Virus record (IMG/VR): IMGVR_UViG_3300033141_004289
Span: 32,001 to 96,000 of that record
Reading direction: 5' to 3' (one strand)
DNA: 64,000 bases
Source: a virus
Shown in pieces: positions 39,234 through 49,719 of the stretch. The stretch's first letter is position 1; every line of letters starts with the position of its first letter. A model generated the notes under the pieces. It made no database searches and was not told the origin of the DNA. It saw only the letters and a list, made by a program, of their open reading frames with translations. Made by a program: the position numbers and the translations under genes.

Positions 39234-40022
39234 ATGCGACAATTTTTTGGACAAGAAATAGTTAAAAAATTCGTTAGAGTTAGTTCTACTATAGCTACAT
39301 TGTTAGGTGGTTCTACAATAAGATTAGGTGGGGTAAATGCAAATCTAAATCTTGATTTATCACTTGATACAACAGTTGTTGGTGTTGGGGGAATGGAAGT
39401 TGTAGCAATTGCCTATGAAAAATACTATGTATATCTTGTTCTTAGCGGAGTAACCGAACATTTAATAGCTACAACATCAGCATCTAATCCAACTGGGTTT
39501 ATTTCTTATAGAAAAGTAGGTGCTTTTTATACAGGTAGTACAGGTCAAATTACAAAGGCGTTAAGTTTTGGTGATGCAGCTAGAAATATAAGTTTTTTAG
39601 CATGTTGTGCAATAGATTATCTCGTTTCGACAAATGTAAACCACTACATATTATGGGATTTAATCAAAGAGGATGATGCCGATATATTTAATGGATCGTA
39701 TGGGTGTATTATTCCAGAAGATGGTTATTATTCACTTGGTGGCCAAGGTACTCCGTATAGCCTTAATAATGAGGTTCACCAAACAAAGGTAAGAACTGAT
39801 ACACTAGGAAATGTATCAGTAAATTACATGTACCTCCCAACCACTAATCAACCTTTTCCTCAACCCTGCCCAGTAGTAGATAGATATTTATACAAGGGTG
39901 ATAATGCAAATATGAATGTAGATTCAAATGCGGATAGTAGTTATTATATGCGTGGTAATGAAAAAACGTGGTTATCAGTTACTAAAAAAGCAGCACCAGA
40001 AGATATTGATTGGTCACTATAA
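39234..40022 (+). CDS. fibre-associated protein, C1q/TNF-like C-terminal domain
   Basis: YRKVGAFYT; WD...FNG...IPEDGYY. Confidence 0.45.
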   Translation: MRQFFGQEIVKKFVRVSSTIATLLGGSTIRLGGVNANLNLDLSLDTTVVGVGGMEVVAIAYEKYYVYLVLSGVTEHLIATTSASNPTGFISYRKVGAFYTGSTGQITKALSFGDAARNISFLACCAIDYLVSTNVNHYILWDLIKEDDADIFNGSYGCIIPEDGYYSLGGQGTPYSLNNEVHQTKVRTDTLGNVSVNYMYLPTTNQPFPQPCPVVDRYLYKGDNANMNVDSNADSSYYMRGNEKTWLSVTKKAAPEDIDWSL

Positions 40023-40033
40023 GGAAATAAAAA

Positions 40034-41338
40034 ATGAGTATTAAAGGTAAAAACAATAGATCACTTAGAAAAAAGACTTTACCTAACACTAGAAATACAG
40101 TGACAGGGGTTAAGTCAGTTAAGTTTCATCATGAAGCAAATTTTGGTGATATATATATTGATATAGCTAATTTAAATGTTCCATCTGGTTTTATAAATCC
40201 ATCACCAGTTGAAATGGTAAATGTAAAACTTAAAGAATTACCTCAAAACCTTATACTGACTTCATCTGCTCGTGGTTCATTAATGGAAGGACTTTCATAT
40301 GAAATTCTTTCAAATACAACAATTAAACTATTGTTTGAATCATATGAAAGTGAGATTTTTACAGGCCTTTTCCAAAATCATATAACTAATGGTCAATTAA
40401 TTGCTGATGTAAGGCCTGATGGTGATAGTGGAACATTATTAGAAGCTCAAACAGATTTTAATCTTGGAACACCTGTACTAATTGAAGATGAAAATAACCA
40501 ATGGCCTATTCAAGTTTTTAGAGGAAATGATGGTAAGCCAATGCTAAGAAATTACGGCAATGGTGATTCAGACGGCAATTATAAAATGATTGATAATGGA
40601 ACAGGTTATTGCCAAATAATTAGATTTAATGTTGCAGGGGATATAAATGATGAACCAATTTTTTGGGCAACTCATGGTTCATTAGCTGAACGACCACAAT
40701 CATCCGTACTTCAACAAGTAGATAATATCAATGGTGTATTAGATATTGTTAAAGATGATTTATTAGAAATAACTGGATTCGATGTAATTCAACCAACTAG
40801 ATATAGTGGCGCACCTGCTCAAGCAGATTTAAAAGCATTTGGGGATAGAGTATTACTTTTAGAAAAGATATTAAATATAGATATTGAATCAAGCACTGTG
40901 CAATATTACTCAATGACGCAACTAGGTAATGCTATGCTTGATAGAACTTCTGAAGTTGAGTTTAATTTAGCAACAGCAACCATAAAAGAGAATGGTGATA
41001 CAGGTATAATTACGGCATCGAATGTTCCAACTCAAACTCGATGGACTGCTAATAAGGCATGTGTCGTAGGTGTCAGGTTAACCGGAAAATCTGCAACAGT
41101 GAATAACCAATTCAGAGTAGAGAGGTATAACTCCTCCGTCGCTGTGTTGGAGCAATACACAGAAAATAGTGATACGGCTGTCGATAGAAATAGTGGAAGT
41201 TATGTTTCATTTACAATGAATGTGGGTGACTTTTTTGTAGCAAGGACAGTTTCAGACATACAGAATACGGCCGACATTGTTCAGGTCTCGTTTACTGCAA
41301 CAGCAAAGACAACTACAAAAGTTAAAGATTTAATATAG
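40034..41338 (+). CDS. putative virion/fibre protein
   Basis: In fibre cluster; beta-rich C-terminus. Confidence 0.5.
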   Translation: MSIKGKNNRSLRKKTLPNTRNTVTGVKSVKFHHEANFGDIYIDIANLNVPSGFINPSPVEMVNVKLKELPQNLILTSSARGSLMEGLSYEILSNTTIKLLFESYESEIFTGLFQNHITNGQLIADVRPDGDSGTLLEAQTDFNLGTPVLIEDENNQWPIQVFRGNDGKPMLRNYGNGDSDGNYKMIDNGTGYCQIIRFNVAGDINDEPIFWATHGSLAERPQSSVLQQVDNINGVLDIVKDDLLEITGFDVIQPTRYSGAPAQADLKAFGDRVLLLEKILNIDIESSTVQYYSMTQLGNAMLDRTSEVEFNLATATIKENGDTGIITASNVPTQTRWTANKACVVGVRLTGKSATVNNQFRVERYNSSVAVLEQYTENSDTAVDRNSGSYVSFTMNVGDFFVARTVSDIQNTADIVQVSFTATAKTTTKVKDLI

Positions 41339-41346
41339 GATAAATT

Positions 41347-41832
41347 ATGAGTTTAAATATTTTTAGCAATGGTTGGATAAATAAGTTATTAAACAAATCC
41401 TTATTCAGCACAACCATGTTTACAAGAACTGAAACTCAGATCGCAACAGATACTAAAATATTATGGAAGCGAAAATATTATGGAACTAATATTTTAGTAA
41501 CTGGTTTAGTACCTGAATTAGCATTCACTAATTTAGAAGTTGGTAAAACATACAGGTATTCATTCACTGGTTTGATAACAGCATATAATGCCTCCGCAGA
41601 CGGTTATATAAGAATGATGCATAATGGAACATCTCTTGGTATATTATATTATATCCATGGAACAGGTACTCCCGGTGGTGCTATTAAATTAAGTGTAAGT
41701 GATATATTTGTTGCATCAAATACAGATATAACAGTAGACGTTACAACTCTTTCTTATAGTGCAGCAGTCAACTCTATTAGTGTAACAATTGAAGAATTAC
41801 CAAATCATGAAGAAACATCTCAGTGGGATTAA
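41347..41832 (+). CDS. putative fibre tip/beta-sandwich protein
   Basis: FTNLEVGKTYR, beta-rich. Confidence 0.45.
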   Translation: MSLNIFSNGWINKLLNKSLFSTTMFTRTETQIATDTKILWKRKYYGTNILVTGLVPELAFTNLEVGKTYRYSFTGLITAYNASADGYIRMMHNGTSLGILYYIHGTGTPGGAIKLSVSDIFVASNTDITVDVTTLSYSAAVNSISVTIEELPNHEETSQWD

Positions 41833-41844
41833 TAAGGAAATAAT

Positions 41845-42813
41845 ATGATACCTCGCATCGACAAAATTGAAAGTAATGCTGAAAGAAATTTCATTATAAA
41901 TGGAAATTTTAATATTCGTCAAAGAGGTGATGTAAGCGCAATTGCTCATGGTAGTTGGTTAGCAGACCGGTATATATACTACGGAGCAACAGGGATGGAT
42001 GCTAGTTATAGCACCGATGTTCCAGCTGGCCAAAATTGTTTTGAATCATTAGGAATGACCGTAGCTACCCCAACACCTGTTTTAGGGCCGGGAGCATATT
42101 CAATAATACGACAAGGCCAAGAGGGTAATCTAATAAAACCTTTATATGGTAGAAAATTTTCAATTGGTTTTTGGGTTAAAACAAATGTTGCTGGAATTTA
42201 TGGAATTAATTTAAGAGGTGCTAGTAGATCAGTTGTTTATGAATATGAGGTATTAGCTTCTGAATTAGATACTTGGGTTGAAAAATCTGTATTAGTAGAT
42301 ATGACTACAGAGGATTCAAGTCTTTATGCTCACGATGAAAATTTAGGTTTTTATATAAATTTTATTTTTGCATCTGGTGGTGCAGATGATCTTGGAGCAG
42401 TTGGGGTATGGGAAAGTAGTGCATTATTAAGTACACCGAATCAAGTTAATTTAGTAGAAACTGCTGGAAATTATATTAGAATTACAGGTATTAGATGTAA
42501 TGATGGAACCAAACTTAATTCATTTGTAACTTCGGGTAGAAGTTATGCAGACGAATTTAGATTATGCCAGAGATATTATATTGCTAGACCTGACACACTT
42601 TATATAGCTATGAATAAGTTCAACCAAGAGGTTTACTTAAACTATATGTTTCCTGTCACAATGAGGGCCACACCTGTTAGATCACAAACTTCAACAAATT
42701 GCGCTACAAATAGTTTCTCAGCATCTAAATATGGTGTAAAGGGATATGGGTTATACACAGGGTCTAGCGGCACACCTAGTATTGTTGGACTGACTTTCGA
42801 CGCAGAATTATAA
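41845..42813 (+). CDS. fibre protein with galactose-binding-like domain (paralog 1)
   Basis: NFIINGNFNIRQRG, ADR, LCQRYY, FPVTMRATP, DAEL. Confidence 0.65.
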   Translation: MIPRIDKIESNAERNFIINGNFNIRQRGDVSAIAHGSWLADRYIYYGATGMDASYSTDVPAGQNCFESLGMTVATPTPVLGPGAYSIIRQGQEGNLIKPLYGRKFSIGFWVKTNVAGIYGINLRGASRSVVYEYEVLASELDTWVEKSVLVDMTTEDSSLYAHDENLGFYINFIFASGGADDLGAVGVWESSALLSTPNQVNLVETAGNYIRITGIRCNDGTKLNSFVTSGRSYADEFRLCQRYYIARPDTLYIAMNKFNQEVYLNYMFPVTMRATPVRSQTSTNCATNSFSASKYGVKGYGLYTGSSGTPSIVGLTFDAEL

Positions 42814-42828
42814 AATATAGGAATTATT

Positions 42829-43884
42829 ATGAGTCAAATTAATTTAAGCAATAAACTCGGGGCCAATCTTCTCATTAATCCTAATTTTGAGATATGGCAA
42901 AGAGGTACTTATTTTACAGGTGCTGGTGGAGAATATGGTGCTGATAGATGGTTTCATTGGAAAATCAATAGTGCTTATATTGATTATCAACGATCAACTG
43001 ATGTTCCTACAGAAGAGGAAGCTGGTTATAAAAACATCAATAGCTTAGCAATTAGTACAATAACACCTGATACTTCTGTTGCTGTAGATGATTTTCAAAT
43101 GGTTTTTCAAAAAATAGAAGGATACAATTTTAGAAGAATAAATAATAAAAATTTCGTATTTTCTTTTTGGGTAAAATCACCAAAAATTGGAATCCATTGT
43201 GTCCTGTTTTCTGATGCAACAGGTTACGGATATACTTCTGAGTATAATGTGGATTCAGCAAATACATGGCAAAAAGTTGTTATAAAAGTAAAGCATGAAA
43301 CAGGTAGTGGAACATGGGATTATGAAAACGGTCATGGTATGCGAGTATCTTTTATTCTAAAGGCCGGAACTGATCATCATACTACTCCTAATGTTTGGGC
43401 AGCAGGGAGTAAATTTGCAACAGCTAATCAAGTTAATGTTGTTGATGTAGTAGGTGAATTTAAAATTGCTCAAGTTCAATTACATGAAGGAATTGAAGAA
43501 ATTTCATTTGAAAAAAATGTTAGAGATTTTCAATCTGAACTACAATTATGTAGAAGATATTTTGAAAAAAGTTATGAAATGGACAAATACAGGGGTGATA
43601 ACTATGCCCATGGAGCATATTATTGGGCCGGAGTTGGTGGCCCTTCATATAACACTATGAAGGTTCTGATAGGTGTCTTAAAAAGAGATGTACCAGTAAT
43701 AACTTTAATCAATACTGCTACGAGTGCATTAAATACTTGGCATGGTTATAGTGGAACAACGGCAGGCGAATACACTGTTTCAGCAAGTAGCATAACCAGA
43801 GCAGATTTTAGGGTACAATTTAATGCCGTTCCATCAGCCGGATATGGCAATTCAGGCCATTGGTATGCAGACTCAGAATTATGA
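42829..43884 (+). CDS. fibre protein with galactose-binding-like domain (paralog 2)
   Basis: NLLINPNFEIWQRG, ADRW, LCRRYF, KRDVP, DSEL. Confidence 0.65.
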   Translation: MSQINLSNKLGANLLINPNFEIWQRGTYFTGAGGEYGADRWFHWKINSAYIDYQRSTDVPTEEEAGYKNINSLAISTITPDTSVAVDDFQMVFQKIEGYNFRRINNKNFVFSFWVKSPKIGIHCVLFSDATGYGYTSEYNVDSANTWQKVVIKVKHETGSGTWDYENGHGMRVSFILKAGTDHHTTPNVWAAGSKFATANQVNVVDVVGEFKIAQVQLHEGIEEISFEKNVRDFQSELQLCRRYFEKSYEMDKYRGDNYAHGAYYWAGVGGPSYNTMKVLIGVLKRDVPVITLINTATSALNTWHGYSGTTAGEYTVSASSITRADFRVQFNAVPSAGYGNSGHWYADSEL

Positions 43885-43932
43885 GAATTGATTAACTAAT
43901 TAAAGAATGTAACAATAGAATTTGGAGAATAT

Positions 43933-44610
43933 ATGAAAAAAGCACTAATAGTAATTGAAGCATTTACAGGCTACGAAATTGGTCAATTGGTTAATATTGG
44001 CGAAGCAAATGAAATAGACCATTTGTCTGGTTATTTATATAGTCGAATGGTTAAAGTCCCATTGGCAGAGGAATTAGAAAATATCCCATTCGAACAATTA
44101 AAAACAAATTTAGTAGAGGCTTCTCCATTACAGTATTCTAATGGGGTAGATACGGTTTTTGATTATCTTGATATTCCCCAAATTGCTGATGAAAATAGTA
44201 ATATGATTAGTGACCCATCTTATGTTTTAACTGAAGCAGTTGAAGAACATTGGGAAGTTATTTTAGACCAAGTTGCATATTTAACACAGGTCATCACTGA
44301 ATTATATAGTGTAATGACGAAAGAAGTAATTGAAGAAATGGCAATAGTTTTTGGTACAACTAGTGTTGATAGTGCATTGAGTTACGAAGCCACTTGGAAA
44401 GAAATGATTCTTACTCCATCAGATTATTCTATTGCTGGATTAAGTGCTAGATTTGATATTGCTGGATTAACTACCAGTGATGCATTAGATACTGATCAAA
44501 AAATAACAGATTATGCAACAGCAAAGATAGTTGAAGTAAAAGCATATGCGGTTTGGCGTATGCAAAGAATTGAGCAGTTCCGAACTGACAGGGCCGCATT
44601 AGGAGCATAG
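43933..44610 (+). CDS. putative fibre assembly chaperone
   Basis: Acidic protein after the fibre genes; helical C-half. Confidence 0.4.
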   Translation: MKKALIVIEAFTGYEIGQLVNIGEANEIDHLSGYLYSRMVKVPLAEELENIPFEQLKTNLVEASPLQYSNGVDTVFDYLDIPQIADENSNMISDPSYVLTEAVEEHWEVILDQVAYLTQVITELYSVMTKEVIEEMAIVFGTTSVDSALSYEATWKEMILTPSDYSIAGLSARFDIAGLTTSDALDTDQKITDYATAKIVEVKAYAVWRMQRIEQFRTDRAALGA

Positions 44611-44622
44611 TGGAGTTAAGAG

Positions 44623-44901
44623 ATGTCAGGTGTTTCTACTCAGATAATTCGTTTTGCTACCAATCAATTACCTGTTGGTATCAAAAATGGTGCAAATTTA
44701 GTGTTTGAAGCACCTACTGAATTTGACCCTGCTACACTACAGGTTTTTTTAAGTGGTTTGAGTTTAATTATAGGAAATGATTTTATAATTGCATCAGACC
44801 ACAAAACGATTACAATAGTATTAGAGCCAAATGATCCCACACGGCTAAACGTGGCTCCATTACAAAACGAACCTTTTAGACTAAGTTATGTTACGGTTTA
44901 A
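44623..44901 (+). CDS. small virion beta-domain protein
   Basis: GIKNGANLVF...LQVFLSGL...NDF. Confidence 0.5.
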   Translation: MSGVSTQIIRFATNQLPVGIKNGANLVFEAPTEFDPATLQVFLSGLSLIIGNDFIIASDHKTITIVLEPNDPTRLNVAPLQNEPFRLSYVTV

Positions 44902-44920
44902 ATAAATTACGGAGGAAGTT

Positions 44921-46213
44921 ATGGGCCAAATGAATTTGAAGAGAAGTCAATTTATTCCAAGATCAACGATTACTACTTTAATTAATAGTAATGTTCAGAC
45001 ATTGGATTTTATCGGTTATATTGAACTGCTTGATACAGTAGATATTATCGACGTAGATGCTAATGGTAATATTGTAAGTGTATTACTTGAAAATGCATCT
45101 GTTATTTCGGTGAATCCGGGTACTAAAAAAGTAACTCTCGATTCAGCAGTTGATACTAGTGCAGCAACTGGTACACCAATGCTTAGAGTACAAAATATCG
45201 ATGATGGCCAAGAAGCTATTGATAGATTGTATAGAAGGAAGTTTACTGGTTCAGTTGGATTTGACCTTAGACAAACAATTTTGGATGCTGAAACAGATGT
45301 TCCATCAGTTGGTAAAACAACTTATGATGTAGCTGATGCCTCTTTCTTTAGAGCAGGGGATGAGCTAAAAATTGTTGATGATCTTGGTGTTGTGTCTGGT
45401 AGTGCAATTGTTGATGCAGTAAATATTAATGCTGATGATACTAATAATAAAGCAACTATTGTTATTACATCTTCTGTAGCAGTTACTTTAGTAAATAATC
45501 CTTATCTTCAAAACCTTTCAATTGATGTTGAAAATGCAATTAAAAGAAACCAAGAAAGAATTGACCAAATTGACAGACCTATCAAAAATGTTGATATGGG
45601 AATTGGTGATGGAAGTCATTTAGCATTTACTACATCTAACTTATTTCTCCAAAACTCCACAGATATTTTTCTTGATGGAATTAAAAAGAAATTAGGTACT
45701 AAAGGAACTCTTGCAACATTGCTTCAAGGTTCTGGTGATAGTGCTGTTACTTTTACTTCAATGCTTCTAGGCCTTGAAGGAAATAAAACAACTATTGAAG
45801 TAGCTGCTGGTGCTGGTGTAAACGTATCTGTTTCTGGTAACAGTAAATCTGGTTACGTTATTTCAGTAACTGATAATACAGGTGCTGCTACATCTAAAGA
45901 AATTGCTGATGCAATTAATGCCGATGCTGATGCTAAAAGAATTGTTTTCTGTCAGTATGGTGGAACAGGAACTGGTGTTGTAGCTACTTTCGGCCCATCA
46001 GATATGGGTTCAACTGTTGCTGGACTTGATGATGGAACAGGCGATTATGCAGAATTAGAACAAGTGTTTGAAAACTCTATTGCTGCAACTGGATTCAAAT
46101 GGATTACCTTTCATATTAGAAAAAATGAAAGAAACAGAATGAACTCAGCACCTGACCAAGATGAAGAAGTAATTGGTGAATATGCTAAAGCTCATGTGAA
46201 CCAAGATAGATAA
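44921..46213 (+). CDS. virion structural protein (collar/whisker-like candidate)
   Basis: GGAGG RBS; high-expression codon bias; GLEGNKTTI sheath-like subdomain. Confidence 0.5.
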   Translation: MGQMNLKRSQFIPRSTITTLINSNVQTLDFIGYIELLDTVDIIDVDANGNIVSVLLENASVISVNPGTKKVTLDSAVDTSAATGTPMLRVQNIDDGQEAIDRLYRRKFTGSVGFDLRQTILDAETDVPSVGKTTYDVADASFFRAGDELKIVDDLGVVSGSAIVDAVNINADDTNNKATIVITSSVAVTLVNNPYLQNLSIDVENAIKRNQERIDQIDRPIKNVDMGIGDGSHLAFTTSNLFLQNSTDIFLDGIKKKLGTKGTLATLLQGSGDSAVTFTSMLLGLEGNKTTIEVAAGAGVNVSVSGNSKSGYVISVTDNTGAATSKEIADAINADADAKRIVFCQYGGTGTGVVATFGPSDMGSTVAGLDDGTGDYAELEQVFENSIAATGFKWITFHIRKNERNRMNSAPDQDEEVIGEYAKAHVNQDR

Positions 46214-46225
46214 TCGAGGTAATTT

Positions 46226-46585
46226 TTGGGCCAGAATAATTCCCGAAGGATAAGTCATACATTAGAGAATTTGCCTAACACTTATAGAGATGACCAAGTT
46301 AGGCAGATTCTTGATGATTTAGATGAGGAAAATTCTGGTCTGGGATATAGTGAGGTTATTAGAGTAGGTGCATTTGTTTCTAAAATTACTGTTTGGGATT
46401 CAAATGCAATGAACTTCAAAAAAACAGAAGCTATTTTCAATAGAACAGGCCCATTTATAAACTCTATTGTAAAAAATGTTTATTCTGTTGATGGTAGTTC
46501 AATTATTTCCACAGTTACTGCCAGTGTAACAAGAACAGGGAATAATTCAGTCGCATTCGTAGATGTTGTTAACGTAAGGTCATAA
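46226..46585 (+). CDS. hypothetical virion protein
   Basis: GAGG RBS, TTG start. Confidence 0.5.
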   Translation: MGQNNSRRISHTLENLPNTYRDDQVRQILDDLDEENSGLGYSEVIRVGAFVSKITVWDSNAMNFKKTEAIFNRTGPFINSIVKNVYSVDGSSIISTVTASVTRTGNNSVAFVDVVNVRS

Positions 46586-46586
46586 A

Positions 46587-46937
46587 ATGGATAATCTTCT
46601 AAACTCGTTGTTGGTCGCTATTGGTGGCATCACCGTTCTTGCTTCAATTTGTTATACAATATACAATGTTTTTAGACCGTTTAAGTTAAAAAAGTTAGAA
46701 AATGCAGTTGAAGGGTTTGGTATTATTTATAAACAGCAAATTTTGTTAGATAATAATGCACCTTTAATTTTTACAACATTAGCTGATGCCAAAGATCATG
46801 TTATTAAAAGAAAACTTGGAAAACCAAACTCTTTTAATAAAGGTGCTGATGTAAGTGATGTAAAATATGTTTATCAAAGATGGGATGTTGAAAAAACTGA
46901 GTTAACAATACATCCATTAATTTTTAAGGAATCATAA
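46587..46937 (+). CDS. membrane-anchored hypothetical protein
   Basis: N-terminal TM LLVAIGGITVLASICYTIY. Confidence 0.5.
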   Translation: MDNLLNSLLVAIGGITVLASICYTIYNVFRPFKLKKLENAVEGFGIIYKQQILLDNNAPLIFTTLADAKDHVIKRKLGKPNSFNKGADVSDVKYVYQRWDVEKTELTIHPLIFKES

Positions 46938-48154
46938 TGGGATTACCGTTTATCATTACAGAAGGTACAAGCCTTATCGTTGATACAAACGGTAATATTG
47001 CCGGAATTGTTCCAGCATTGGCCGGATATAATAGATTTGCAGTTGATGGCACAATTAGAAGTGGAAGAGATTTTGGTGGTGGTTTTTTAAATGCAGACGT
47101 TGTTTTAAAAAATGAAAGACATGCTTTAGTTACAGATGCCTTTGTAACTGTTGAACAAGTTTTTGGTTTTGATGATTTTGCAGATAGTTGGTTTTTCATT
47201 GATGATGCTGGTGCTATTGGTGACACTATTACAATTCATATTGATGGTTTTATAGATACTACAGGTGGTGGAGAAAGAACCGTTCCTACAATAGACCACA
47301 CTGTAACTGTAACAGCATTAGAAGCTGGTAATGAGGTTGAGTTAAGAGATTTAATTATTGCTGAATTAAATGCTTTACTAGATTTCAGCGAATTTTGGAA
47401 GGCCTCAAGTATTAAAGATAATGCTGCCGTTCATGTTGGGTCAAAGAAAATTGGTGAATACGGTGATAGATTAGGATTTAACGCTTTTAATATTACAACT
47501 ACTGGTTCTATTATTTGGCATTTTCAAGATAGTGACAATAATATAATGAAGAGGCGTGGTAAACAAAACTCTGGTGCTCGTGACCCTCGTGATAAAAGAC
47601 TAGTTACTATTGGTATTTCTGGTGAAGTTCAGGCCGTTCCCGGTGCTGCTGGTGATATTTTTATTCAGAACGTAACAGATGATGGACTGCCAACAGGTAG
47701 TGCTGATTTAAGAGTTAATGGAAGTAATACTCCACAATTATTTTATATTGACCCAAATGATGAAAAAGATTTATTTATAACTGAATTAAGATTTTACGGT
47801 GGTGGAAATGGTATTCAATACGACAATTTTATCTCTCAAAATGGAAAACTAGATGAGGGGATAAAAGTTGAAATTAGATCAGATGAAGAAATTTTAACCT
47901 TTCCGTTAATTAAATCAACAGAAGATTTTAAAAATAAATGGGCATTTGGTTCAGGTGCTAACTTTAAAATGGAAACGCCTGCTGGTACTGACCAGTTTTT
48001 AGCTGTTTTGAATTTTGATAACCCTTTTCCTTTAAGGAAACTCGGTACATTTCAAACAGGCGATGATTTTATTCATGTAACTATTCAGGACGGTTTGCAA
48101 TCTGGTTTAACCGAACTAGAGTGTTTAGCAGTTGGTTTTTTGAGGGAAGTATAA
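46937..48154 (+). CDS. hypothetical virion protein
   Basis: 405 aa, coupled TAATG overlaps. Confidence 0.55.
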   Translation: MGLPFIITEGTSLIVDTNGNIAGIVPALAGYNRFAVDGTIRSGRDFGGGFLNADVVLKNERHALVTDAFVTVEQVFGFDDFADSWFFIDDAGAIGDTITIHIDGFIDTTGGGERTVPTIDHTVTVTALEAGNEVELRDLIIAELNALLDFSEFWKASSIKDNAAVHVGSKKIGEYGDRLGFNAFNITTTGSIIWHFQDSDNNIMKRRGKQNSGARDPRDKRLVTIGISGEVQAVPGAAGDIFIQNVTDDGLPTGSADLRVNGSNTPQLFYIDPNDEKDLFITELRFYGGGNGIQYDNFISQNGKLDEGIKVEIRSDEEILTFPLIKSTEDFKNKWAFGSGANFKMETPAGTDQFLAVLNFDNPFPLRKLGTFQTGDDFIHVTIQDGLQSGLTELECLAVGFLREV

Positions 48155-49173
48155 TGAGAGTTCCTTGGAGTACATTTAAAGAAATCGCTACTAGTAAAAA
48201 AATCAATATTCAATATATTGATTTAAGTGGTGCTTATTGGTTAAAAGCATTTGATGGGCCATTTGAAATAGAAGCAATAATTAATCAAGATGATACAGAA
48301 AATGTTGATTTAATTGATTTTGAAGCAAATTATAAAGCAAAAAGTAATTTACCAATTGAATTAAGAACAGGTATTGCAAAAATACCTAAAGTTTCTATAT
48401 ATAAGGCCGAAGGTAGTAGTGCTACTAAAGTAACCCATGATTTTACAAATAAGACTACTTGGTTCACTAATTCAATATTAGTAGAAAATGAAACATTAGT
48501 TTTAGAATCAGGAAAGATATATACAGCAACTAATGACCATTGGATTGATTTAAATCATGGTAACTATTATGCAGAGGATAATTTAACAGTAAATGATATT
48601 CCATTATTTTATGGTGGTGTAAGAATCTATCAAAATTATGTTTACGATAATGGAACTGAGTTAGTTGAAGATACTGATTATATAATTGACCACCATACTG
48701 GAAAAGTTACCTTTGATGCTGATTATACAATTGTTGGAACAATAACTGCCACCTATCATTACGCCACAGATGCTACTTGGGTTATTAAACCTGATGCTGG
48801 AAAAATATTACATATTGAACATTCTGAGTTACAATTTTCTAAAGATTTTGTAATGTCTACACCCATGAAATTTGAAATATGGGTTTATCATCCAGATCAA
48901 GTTTCTTATCCTAGTATGAAAATAAAGTATAAGGAAACTATTTACAAAAATATTAAAGATATTATTAATGCAGCAAATTTAGGACAAGGTTTTATTCCGG
49001 CCTGTAGTGGGTTAACAAATGATGTATTAGTTTTTCCTTTTTCATATGCAACTTTAATTTCATTTCAATCAAGTGTTGGAGCAGAATTAAGAGTTACGAT
49101 GGATATAGAAGATGAATTAGCTGGTGAATGGGCAACAGCTACTTTCTACTCTCTTTCAGAGGATGAGGTATGA
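48154..49173 (+). CDS. hypothetical virion protein (start ATG 48154)
   Basis: TAATG coupling; DYIIDHHTGKVTF motif. Confidence 0.55.
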   Translation: MRVPWSTFKEIATSKKINIQYIDLSGAYWLKAFDGPFEIEAIINQDDTENVDLIDFEANYKAKSNLPIELRTGIAKIPKVSIYKAEGSSATKVTHDFTNKTTWFTNSILVENETLVLESGKIYTATNDHWIDLNHGNYYAEDNLTVNDIPLFYGGVRIYQNYVYDNGTELVEDTDYIIDHHTGKVTFDADYTIVGTITATYHYATDATWVIKPDAGKILHIEHSELQFSKDFVMSTPMKFEIWVYHPDQVSYPSMKIKYKETIYKNIKDIINAANLGQGFIPACSGLTNDVLVFPFSYATLISFQSSVGAELRVTMDIEDELAGEWATATFYSLSEDEV

Positions 49174-49709
49174 GCCAACCCTTTGACCCTATAACTTTAG
49201 ACCTTGTATTATGGGATTATTCCCCTGATATGCATGTAAGGGCCATATTAGAAGCTGATGGGTTAACACAACCAATTTCACCAGTTGTTATCCCTCATAA
49301 ATCAAGTGGTAGATATGTACTCTATGACCCACCAAATATTTATTTTCCAGATAATGTAAGTCATTATGCAATAACTTATGAAGTATTTAAAGATTCAGGT
49401 TTTACTCAAAGAAGCTTAACTCATGCTCCATATATGGAACATTATACTAAAGATAATCCAATTCCGGGTGGTGACCCAGAAGTTATTGAGAAGCTAAATC
49501 AAGTAATAGATATAGTTACATCTCACGATGTGAATAGCCAGATTGTTGGTGTGTTACAAGAGGAATTTGAATTAGTTGGTGTTGTAATGCCTGAAGACGT
49601 AATTGGTGTTGCATTTGATGATATTACTCTAGTTGGTCTAGTATTAGATGAAGGTGACACTGGTGGTGATATTTTTGATAATGATGATTTAACAGGTACA
49701 ATAAATTAA
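49170..49709 (+). CDS. hypothetical protein, acidic low-complexity C-tail
   Basis: ATGA overlap; repeated LVGVV units. Confidence 0.5.
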   Translation: MSQPFDPITLDLVLWDYSPDMHVRAILEADGLTQPISPVVIPHKSSGRYVLYDPPNIYFPDNVSHYAITYEVFKDSGFTQRSLTHAPYMEHYTKDNPIPGGDPEVIEKLNQVIDIVTSHDVNSQIVGVLQEEFELVGVVMPEDVIGVAFDDITLVGLVLDEGDTGGDIFDNDDLTGTIN

Positions 49710-49719
49710 GAGGTGAATT

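Noticed and set aside
37041-43884. Diversity-generating retroelement or invertase shufflon acting on fibre tips
   Set aside because: No reverse transcriptase, recombinase, template/variable repeat pair or inverted cassettes seen in this window; components elsewhere cannot be excluded
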